From Octopus vulgaris (lineage: Eukaryota), in NCBI GenBank assembly GCA_951406725.2, contig OX597814.1:71300001-71364000 (forward strand): a stretch of 64,000 nt of DNA. The letters are read 5' to 3'. A program made the translations under genes and the position numbers. Of this stretch, positions 53,274-64,000 are shown piece by piece. The notes under the pieces are model-generated. The model was not told the DNA's origin. It searched no databases and was given only the letters and a program-made list of their open reading frames with translations. Within the stretch, counting starts at the first letter, position 1; the number at the start of each line of letters is the position of its first letter.

Positions 53274-56200
53274 ATCATCATCATCATTTAGCATCCGCTT
53301 TCCATGCTAGCATGGGTTGGATGGTTCAACTGGGGTCTGTGAAGCCGGAAGGCTGCATCAGGCCCAGTCTGATCTGGCAGTGTTTCTACGGCTGGATGCC
53401 CTTTCTAACGCCAACCACTCCGTGAGTATAGTGGATGCTTTTTTACGTGCCACCCGCACGGGGGCCAGGCGAGGCTGGCAACGGTCACGAACGGATGGTT
53501 CTCTTACGTGCCACCGGCACTGGTAACTCAGCTGCAATTTCCATTGATCGATTTCGATTCTGATCCTCACTTGCCTCAACAGGTCTTCACAAGTAGAGTT
53601 TTGTGTCCCAAGAAGGAAAGGTATGCATATGTAGGCTGGCTCCATCCCATGTAGAAGGCCACGGGTGATGGTCTCACTTGTCCTGCCGGGTCTTCTCGCG
53701 CACAGCATACTTCCAGAGGTCTCGGTCTCTAGTCATTTCCTCAGTGAGACCTAAAGTTCGAAGTTCATGCTTCACCACCTCGTCCCAGGTTTTCCTGGGT
53801 CTGCCTCTTCCACAGGTTCCCTCAACCGCTAAGGTGTGACACTTTTTCACACAACTATCTTCATCCATTCTCGCCACATGCCAATACCAGCGCAAACGTC
53901 TCTCTTGCACACCACAGCTGATGCTTCTTAGGTCCAGCTTTTCTCTCACTTACACAGAGGTACTTACACTCTGTCGAGTATGAGTACTGACATTACACAT
54001 CCATCGGAGCATACTGGCTTCATTTCTTGCGAGCTTATGCATATCCTCAGCAGTCACGGCCCATGTTTCACTGCCATGTAGCATGGCTGTTAGTACACAC
54101 GCATCATACAGTCTGCCTTTTACTCTGTGTGAGAGGCCTTTTGTCACCAGCAGAGGTAAGAGCTCTCTGAACTTTGCCCAGGCTATTCTTACTCTAGCAG
54201 TTACACTTTCAACACATCCGCCCCCGCTACTGACTTGGTCACTTATGTAACGGAAGCTATCAACTATTTCTAGTTTTTCTCCCTGGAAAGTGACGGAAGT
54301 TGGTCTCAGAACATTTTCAGTGTTTATTGTTCCCGAGCATCTGTCACATACAAAAACCATCTTCCTAGTTAGCCTTCCTTTGACATTGCTGCACCTCTTA
54401 TATGTCCATAGCTTACACTTGGTGCATCTTATAGAGTTTCTACCTACACCTTTTCTACAGATCAAGCAGGGCCATCTACCTGAAGGCGTTTGTGATTTGT
54501 CTACCTTCCTACATATTAGGACTTTGGTTTTAGCTAGATTGACTCTAAGGCTCTTCGATTCTAATCCTTGTTTCCACACCTGAAACTTCTCCTCCAGTTC
54601 TGATAGTGACTCAGCAATTAGAGCAAGGTCATCAGCATAGAGGAGCTCCCAAGGGCATCCTGTCTTGAATTCCTCCATTATTGCCTGGAGGACTATGATA
54701 AATAGGAAGGGGCTGAGGACTGAGCCTTGGTGGACCCCTACCTCTACCCGGAATTCTTCACTGTACTCGTTGCCAACCCTCACCTTACTAGCAGCGTCCC
54801 TGTACATGGCTTGCACAGCTCTCACTATCCATTCATCTATCCCTAGTTTCCTCATTGACCATCAGATAAGGGATCAGGGGACCCTGTCGAAGGCTTTCTG
54901 CTGCAGCTGCCTTACCAGGAATATAGCATCAGTGGTACTTTTCCCTGGCACAAACCCAAACTGCATCTCATCTAAACTAACTCTCTCTCTCTAATTAGTT
55001 GGGCTATGGCCCTCTCCGTAACCTTCATCACCCGATCCAACAGCTTGATACTTCTGTAATTATTTGTATCTAGGGTGTCACCTTTACCTTTGTAGCAGTT
55101 GGCTATTATGCTGCTACACCAGTCATCGGGTATTACTCCTTTGTGTATCACCTGATTAACTATACGGGTGACTAGGCTATAGCCGACACTACCAGACATT
55201 TTGAGCATCTCTGCGGTGATTCCTGATGGGCCTGGGGCTTTCCCTGTCTTCATGCTTCTAATTGCCTTAACTACCAAGGAACTATCAACTCGGATAGCTG
55301 GTCCCTCTGTTGGGTCAACATTCGGCAGACTCTCTTTATCCCATTCATTTTCTTTATTCAGCAACCTTTCATAGTGGCGTCTCCAAACCTCTCTCTTTGC
55401 ATCCTCATTTAGTGCAAGTGAACCATCTTCCATGCGAACACACTTCTCTCCTACCACATCACGATTCTCTCTCACACACTGTCTTGCAACGCGAAACACC
55501 TCCAGTCTTTGGTCCTCACAGCGCAGAACATTGGCAAATTTTTTCTTATCTGCTTCCCCTCTGGCTAAATAAACCTGTCTCCTAGCTTCTCTTTTGGCAG
55601 TCTGATACAATTCCCTGCTACCCCCATTCTTCCAGTCCTTCCAAGCCTGTCTCTTTCTCTAATAGCCCTGTCTACAACATTGTTCCACCACCACGTTATT
55701 CTAGGTCGAGAGGGGACTTTGCACCAGCCACAGATCTGGTCAGTGGCTCTCAGCAGGTTGTCCCTTAGATACCTCCAGTTGTCTTCAACCCCCTGTGAAG
55801 CTCTATCCCCTTCTACTTTGTCAAAGGCTTCAAGTAATATGTCCCTAAGTCTCTGTCCATTTGCAGGATCTTTAAGCTTCCAGATCCTTCTTCTCCATGT
55901 TGGTCGTCTTCTGGTTGTCCTCCTAGTCCTGATCCGAAAGTCACTAACTACCAGTCTATGTTGTGGGGTACATTCTTCGCCTGGGAAGGTTTTGGCATTT
56001 ATAAGCAGCCATCTCTCCCTTTGCCTGGCAAGGATGTAGTCAATTTGGCTGGTATGTTGGCCCGATCAGTAGGTGACTAGGTGGCTGGTAGGTTTCCTGA
56101 AGTTAGTGTTGCAAATCATAAGATTATTTGCATCGCAGAACTCCAGCAGCCTGGTTCCCTCCTCGTTGCGGGAACCATAGCCATAGCCTCCATGTACGCC

Positions 56201-57440
56201 ATGGAAGCCCCCAGCATGTCGTCCAACGTGACCATTGAAGTCACCAGCACAAAGAGAAGGTCTCTGTCGTTCGTCAACGAGGTAGTCTGCAGTAGAGTGT
56301 CATAGAATCGGTCTTTCTGTCCATCGGGTAGCCCCGACTGAGGAGCATAGGCTGATATAATGGTTGCTAAACTATGATGAAGCACTAATCTAATCTAAAG
56401 TATTCTGTCACATACTCTGATTACCTCAATTACTTTATCTACCCATTTCTCAGCAATAAGTATACCCACGCCACCAACCCCGACAGTGTTCCCTGCCCAG
56501 AAAATCTTGTACCTGCGTTCCTTGCCCGTGAGGAACCTAGCAGATCCTCCTCTCCACCTTATTTCTTGCATGCAACATATATCCACACATCTCCGTTCAA
56601 GCATCTCGACTATCTCACCAGACCTACCTTTCAGTGTGCCAACGTTGAGGGTGCCAACCCTGAGGGTGTGGGAGGCATGAGCCCTAGAGACCCTGGGACG
56701 GTGGACAGTAGCTTCGTGTACCTGAAAAGAAAGCTTGCATTTGGCAGAATTCATGTGCAAGTAATAAAGTAGCCTTCAGTACAACCTGCATAACACTAGC
56801 CTTTCATATTTTGCACTGTATGAACATTACCTTACATAGGTCAAGACTAGGGGTAGGGATGGTGAAAGAGCATTTGCAGTCTTCATGGGAAGCAACCCCG
56901 GGATGGCAAAGAATAGGAACTTCCGGCATGTGTGGAGGGGGTTGGAGGGCGGGTGCACCATAAACTAGGAAGAGGTTCTGTTAATCGTGTGAGCAAGAAA
57001 GTAGGTTTGAAAAATCTGAGAAAATGAGAATTTTTAGGGGAAAGATAAGTGGCTATGAACTGGGAGACAAGACTAAACGAAAAAAATGTTTGAGCTAGAC
57101 AGGGTAATGAGAGAATACTGAAAGAAAGAGGAACAATATAATGAGAGAGTAATCGAAGAATAGTGAAAGAATAATGATGATACGTGCAAAGATAGAAGGT
57201 AGGGGAAGCGAGGCTGAAAGAAGGATTTCTTAACTTTAACCGTTCATGATCTGTGCATATTTCTTCTTTAGATATTTGGAAGCAAGTGGGGTTAACGATA
57301 ATGCGATCGCTCTTTTATATATGGCGATGATGGTTATAGAAAGGGGGGGGGGCATAGAGAAACATAGGGAGAGAGATAGGGTTAGTTAGAGAGGGGTGGA
57401 GAGAGGTGGTCGAGGAACACGTGGGAATAAAGCGGTGTGA
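53274..57440 (-). mobile_element. Near full-length young RTE-clade LINE (APE + RT with PHD-like insertion)
   Basis: VGTLNVGTL..MQEIRW; ISAYAPQ; GKAPGPSGI; GVHQGSVLSP; LLYADDL; ERRLRWY; (GAT)n tail; coding region ~53674-56760; 5' boundary tentative. Confidence 0.93.
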
Positions 57441-59999
57441 GGAATTATATATATACATTAGGCTAATAAAGTATTCAATATGTAGGTATGTAAGATATTC
57501 TAAACAACACTTTCCAAAGTAAGAAAAGCAATGAACATCTCTTTCAATTTTACTGTTTTCAAATGCATACTATGTTGCTTTTATTATTATTTTCCAAGCT
57601 TGCATAAGTTGGATGGGTTTTCTCCAGTATAATAATTCACCATTTGCTTTGGTTCCTTTGCATCTTTGTGAGGTTCAGCATTCTGAGATCAATCTTCATT
57701 ATTTCTTCTCATATCTTTTCTCCTGCAGGCTGCTTGACATTTCTTTATTCCGGTATCATCTTTCATTTGGATAAAAAATCTATATCAACAAAGTTACTTC
57801 TCTTCCACATGGCATTTGATTCTTCTACTCTTATATCCAATTTGTTTTTCTTAGATCACATATATACATAATTACATGCACATGCATGCATAAAAATTTA
57901 TATAACTAAAGAGTAAAAGCTAAGACCCCATTTCAGTATTAAATGACCATGGGATTGCACCTAAAAAGTTCCCCTCTGAGGCACAAGTCTGGGCACGGTT
58001 GTTTTTATGGAAGACCAGCAGTCGCCCATGCATACCAGCCTTCACTCTCCATACCAGTGATGTTATCCAAAAGAAAAGCACCAGTGACATCACAACTAAT
58101 TTCTACAGCTGAGTGAACTGAAGCAACATGAAATAAAGTGTCTTGCTCAAAAACACAACACACAGCCTGGTCCAGGAATTAAACTCACTACCTCATGATT
58201 GTGAGCCCGATGCTCTAACCACTAAACCAGGTGCCTTCACTATATATAAGAAGACACACAAATATATACGCATGCATGTGTGTGCCTTCATTTCTAATGA
58301 TCTAAAATTCGATGTTGTTTATGTTGTCTCACTTTATGTGCTGTAAAGTAGCTATTTAATAAACAGAAATTCATAAAATAAAGTTGAACAGACATACAAA
58401 GGAAAAAGTCAAGTCACAGAACAAAAGTTATAATTTTGGCTAGGAAAAATAGTTACAGGAAAAACATTTAATTCAATTACTATAAATAATAGAGTAATTA
58501 AAAAAATAATATATTAAGTTGCTTATTAACTGACAAATTATGCCTTGTACACAGTGACAACATAGTTTATATAATGGCATAAAACATATGTGTGAAAAAA
58601 GTCACATTTTATTCAATATTTTGAAAAGAACATTAAATTAATCAAAATTATGACTTTTAAGCCTGTGACTTCTTTTTTTGCCAGGACAACATAAGTATAT
58701 GGCTTGGAGGTAATATGATTGACTTAACTCTCAAAGGCAGTCCCCTACCTCATGGTCACAGTTGAGAGAGAGAGAGAGAGACCCCTACACACACACTTCT
58801 AAAAATATTTTTCTCAGTGGTTCTTTCAGTGTTTGCAAGGAAATGTATGTGCAATATGGTTTATATTATAACTTAGTTGTTAATTCATATATTTATATCA
58901 ACATAATCCCATCTGCCAATATTTTATGTCTTTTTTTTTCAGTGCGAGCATGAGGTGGATGGCCTGTCATGGTCCATGTAAACCTGCATGAACAGAAACA
59001 GGAAAAACCAATCATCTTTGAAGTTGTATGTCTTACTGTGGTGACTGGGTGTGTTTTAATATGATAGCATAATATAAATATAATATTTATATTATGTGAT
59101 TGAAAAGGTGCTTCTAATAAATCTTATAGAAGGCATCAAATCTTAGATGGTTGAGTTTGAAATACCTCAACCATCTAAGATTTGATACATATTAAACTGT
59201 ATGAACATGATAGGGGATAGAGTTTAATTTCTTCAAGTAGAATGTTGCAAACAGAAAACTCAGGGTTACTGCTTAGATATAGTGAAAAGTATAATTTAGT
59301 AAAGGAAAAATATTTTGTGTAACTACCAAAAACATCTTAATAATACAATTAACGAAGTTTCTGAAACTCCAACAGTATTTACAAAGACAGATTACCATTA
59401 TCACAGACAGAGAGAGAGAGGAGGTGGTAATGATAACTTAATGGATTCTCACTGTTCCATAACATATACTCTTGATTGTACAGCATACAGGAGGAAAGAA
59501 TTTAGAAATCCTTTTCCTGAATTTTGTTGATAAAAAAAAAATGCTCCCTGCTTCTTCAAACTACTTCTTATTTTTCTTTAAAAAAAATTAAGACATAGAA
59601 TAAGTAATAAAAATCAAAACTGAAATAATGAAAGAACAGTAATAATAGCAAAAGATAAAATTTTGATTTTTTTTAATAAGAAATAAAAATATCAGTAACT
59701 ATTATGGTAACAATAAAAATGAAACCACTTTAATTTTTAACCTTTCTTAATAAAAGACATTTATTTATGTCTTCAAGGGAAATAAAGTTTATTTTCTCTT
59801 TCTTACCTTGCCCATTTCACCCATTAAACATACAACGGTTTTGGTTCATATCTTTTATTAAAACATGTTAATAAAATACTCCCATAAGTTTTTCTTATTC
59901 TTTTCTTTTCCTTATAAGTCTTTTTTCTCCCTATTTTTCTTTCATTTTGATTTATTTATATATATATTTTTGCAGAAGGAAAAGAAAAAAAGAAACAAC

Positions 60000-60075
<76 letters not shown>

Positions 60076-61034
60076 GCTTGTCTCCATAGGAGAACATTTC
60101 ATTACCATAGTTCTGATTTCTTGAATTTCACACAGGAAAACAATGTTTTTTTTTTCCTAACAAGGAAAGAAAGTTGTGGAGGTGGAGTAAGGAATAAGGG
60201 TAGGTGCCATCGTTAAAGGGTGTTATTTCAAATTTATTTCTTTAGATCCTTTATTTATCTAGTGGTTTTTATAAGGTGGTGATATGGATCAAAATTGATA
60301 ACTACATATTTCTATCAAGTGATTGTTAATGTAAGGATAAACTGTGTTATGTTTATCATTTGGGTGAGAATGATAGTAGCAACAGTAATAGTAGCAGCAG
60401 CAAGATTAGGGTTGATGTTTCTAACAGTGAAAGCATTAATGCTTATAATAAGAGCAGCAAGTATGTGAGGGATTGGAATAGTATTTTCATAGTATCATGT
60501 GTTGGTGACAATGGTAGCAGAAAAATGCAAGCTAAAGTAAAATAATCAAGACCTGTACTGTTATATTGGAGATGTAGGTTGTAGTGGTAGAAATAAATCA
60601 AGGTAAGTGTTGATGCAACAGTGATTTTGGCAACAGCATTTAGAAGGCATAGGTTCAGAAAGTGCTTTGTAGTGTGTATGTGTGTGTGTGTGTGTGTGTG
60701 AGTGAGAGAGAGAGAGAGAGTTGTTGCTATCTTAAAAAATAAAGGTTGCTTCTAATGCATACATAACTGATGTAATGATAGCAAGTTAAGTGTTGCAAAC
60801 TTCACAGGAAATGGCTACTTCAAATGTGTAGGTTATTTGAGAGAGAAGGATCTATCCTAATGGCTGGCAATAGTTGCTACCAAGATTCAAATAATGGCCA
60901 CTATATATGTGTATGCATGTATGTCTGCCTATTCTGTAGAGGAAATGGGTGGGGATGAATGGGGAAGAGTTGGAATTTCACTTCTCAATTCATTCTAACC
61001 TGGAATGACACCTATTCTCTGTCCGACATCAGCT

Positions 61035-61255
61035 TCACCTTGGCCGGATTTTCTCATATATAAATTGATAACCTTTCTCTATATATTCACCATCAACCAA
61101 ATCAAAAGTAAGCTGTTTGATAAAATGGAATTGCTCAACTGCAAAATCATAAAATTCTTGTTCCATTTTCCAAACTTTTGATTGCTGTATTTTCAATAAA
61201 GATGATTCTTTTGGAGGAATTTTGTTGGAAGTTTTCCGTAAATGCGATTTGTGAC
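61035..61255 (-). CDS. HS2ST1: Heparan sulfate 2-O-sulfotransferase, terminal coding exon
   Basis: (G)HKSHLRKT..KIQQSKVWKMEQEFYDFAVEQF..QFIYEKIRPR* matches the HS2ST C-terminus; acceptor ttttcag; phase fits the upstream exon. Confidence 0.93.
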
Positions 61256-62482
61256 CTGAAAACAAGCATTTTAAGATATTAGTACTTTAAACTATCTAAT
61301 AGTAAATAAAGAATTATATGACAATAAACATGATTTTAATATATTTTTATCATTTTATGTTCTTTAAAAAAATTAAGAAAGAAACACCTTTCAACATCAA
61401 CCATGCCATCTCTAAAACCAGTTAAAAATCCTTCATTTTTTTTGGTTGTTTGGGCAGAACAGCGCCAAACTTGATACATAATAACTATAAATAATAATTT
61501 CTAACTTTCATACAAAGGCATATGAACATCATAATCAACTCAGACAGGATTTGATCTGAAAAGGGACACAACCAAATATAGCAGTGTATTTAATCAGAAA
61601 CTCCACAGTTTCTGCATTTCATTGCCTTTTGCATTAGTAATAATGATTTCTAGCAATGGCAGTATGCCAGATATTTGATGGTTGTGCTATATAATCAATT
61701 GAATCAACTCTTTGACTTGAGTAGTACTTATTGACTTCAGAAAGATGAAAGACAGTTTACCCCAGAGGGATTTAAACTCAAATCAGAGAAATGTAACTAA
61801 ATACTGTAATGTATTTAGTGTAACCCTCTACTGTTTCAGCAGTTCCACTCCTTTAACATTAATAGTAATGCTTCCTAACATAAACACACAAGGTCACATA
61901 TCTGGGGAAGAAGTGTAACTGATTTAATCAACACCAGTACTTGGTGGGTACATTTTTATTGATTCCAACTGAATGAAATTAGTACCATTAATAATAATAA
62001 TAATGATGATGATTCAAGAAAGAAAACCAAGAGCCTTCAATTAGCTGGTAACGTTAAGCACTTGTAGATACAGTTTGTAGAAAGGCATCTATTGCTTGGG
62101 AGACTCTAAGCAATGTCATCTTTATAGAAAGTTGAGGAATGTGATCCAGTTAATTAGAAGTTGCAAAATGCTTTTGTAGAAAGATCACAAACATCATCAT
62201 AAACAGTTCATCAGCAGGTTGAGTTTTGCAAAAGTTTCCCATCTTCAAACATCTATAAATGCAAGCATTATACTAATTCATATGCAAATATCTTACAAAA
62301 ATGTGCATGTTCTATATACAAAAGTTAAGGAAACTGCATACTTAAAGAATCAGATCCAACAAGTTGGCCCATATTCATGACTTGATAAAATAGAATACTA
62401 TTGTTGTTTCAAATAAATAAAATGTGTTATCAGATATTTAATCAATAAAAAGCAATAATTTTAAGAACTTAATTATTCTTAC

Positions 62483-62640
62483 CTGAGTTATAGAGATCTA
62501 CAGCTCCTTTGAAAAACCGAGGTAGTGTAGCCTCAAGTATGGCAACAAAGTCCCCTAATTCTTCAGTGACGCCAACCACAAGATAGTTATTTACAAGGTT
62601 GTATTTAGCTTGTTCAAGAGCCCAGCGGTAACCTGGTACC
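62483..62640 (-). CDS. HS2ST1: Heparan sulfate 2-O-sulfotransferase, penultimate coding exon
   Basis: 158-nt exon bounded by cag and gtaag; translates to VPGYRWALEQAKYNLVNNYLVVGVTEELGDFVAILEATLPRFFKGAVDLYNS; absent from the ORF track; further exons lie beyond the window. Confidence 0.93.
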
Positions 62641-64000
62641 CTGTTCAATTAAGAATGGACATAAAATTAACTAAAAATCAATCAATTGAAAAGAAATTTT
62701 TAAGAGAAAATATCTCAACACAAATGATTTTTTAGAAACAATATTTTTGAATTTTGGCGTTTGTTCTTTTGCAAACATTGCTCATAGGAATAATTTGCAT
62801 GATTTGGTGACTGCTTTTTACAAACAATAATTAGCACTAAGTAGGATTAGCATATTATTTACATTGACCTAGGTAAGTATAACAAAGTACTTAAACTAAG
62901 AAAGGAACAGAACAATTGCAAAGAAATGTAAAAAAAAAAAAAAAAAGATTTAAACCCATTATGGTTTTTAGTCTGGTCTCATAATTAAAACTAATCCTCC
63001 TTAGCTTATGAAGTAATTTAATGAGTTTTGCCAAGCAGCAATACTTAAAGTATTTTAGTTTCTGGAAAACCCTGTTAAATAGGAGAGACATTCAATATCT
63101 ATGGCAAGAAAAGAAAAGGAAATCTAACAAATCTTACTTGGATACAACTCCACAGACAGGATGTGTAACCCAATTCAACATGTCATGCAATGTATCAAAT
63201 AATGGTTGATGGATTACTTGTGAAACTAACACAAAATATGAACTTTTAACTACACAAGGGAAATTAGTACTTAGAATGTTTCCTATATCAATGAATGTAC
63301 TACTTCCAATATGAACTCGATATGTATACTAATCACAGTACTACTATTCATTTCTTAAGGCATAATAATATTGATTTTTATGTAAACATAAAACCTTTGA
63401 TACACATACATAACAGAAATAGAGGGTGAGTATATCCTATGTTGAAAAGTATTTTTGGACAAATTATTCTGAAAGAATAATGCAAAATAAAATAAAAAGA
63501 ACAAAATTAAGACAGATACCATTAAAAGTACATTAAAGATAATTCTGTTAATTTCTTTTCTATTAATGCCTAACAGTCATACCTTTACATGTAAAACTTG
63601 ATTTATAAATATAACTGTCCAAAACTCATATTTATATGGATGAAAAACAATATTAAATGATTTTCATGGCGTTTTCAAGAACATTGAAAGAAATGTATAC
63701 ATAAAAATATAAGTAATAAAATACAGAGAATAGTAAAATATTGTACAATGGAAGTTTGAATTAAATGAGCACTCCAACTGAAAGAGGTATCAGTAAATTA
63801 TTTCATAGTACTAAACAGACCTTAGATTATCTAAGGTCTGAGTGATTTTTAGATTTAAGTGGAACTGAGTAGTGAAAAGGGGCACTGTAGCACTAAGAGC
63901 CCTTACCAAAGTAAGATCGAGATAATATTGGATTTGAAAGCATCAGGAGGTTTTACCATAGCAGGACTTGCTTTTACCAATGTAGTAAAAATAGTGAAGA

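Noticed and set aside
61256-61265. ORF-track start codon for the HS2ST1 last exon
   Set aside because: Lies in the intron upstream of the AG acceptor; the exon starts at 61255
63816-63840. 12-bp palindrome in the HS2ST1 intron
   Set aside because: Short and isolated, with no supporting context

Overview
AT-rich, microsatellite-dense animal DNA. The repeat landscape suggests a coleoid cephalopod such as Octopus (inference). The only host gene is at the right end: the last two coding exons of a heparan sulfate 2-O-sulfotransferase (HS2ST1) on the minus strand. The rest is decayed mobile DNA: RTE LINEs, Tc1/mariner, hAT, non-autonomous Helitrons, tRNA-derived SINEs, a probable solo LTR, an RLE-type LINE fragment and Penelope-like (GIY-YIG) fragments. 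The main signal outside the ORF track is about 18 hammerhead-ribozyme-like motifs (stem I, CUGANGA-like core, stem II, GAAA, palindromic mini stem III, NUH) from about ten sequence-unrelated families. They sit in direct or inverted terminal repeats, mostly next to (TA)n tracts. Two are downstream of tRNA-like Pol III heads, and one non-coding ~2 kb unit is bracketed by two co-oriented ribozymes. This suggests a Penelope-dependent SINE/retrozyme system. All folds and alignments were done by eye, and element boundaries are approximate unless a target-site duplication (TSD) or terminal repeat is quoted.
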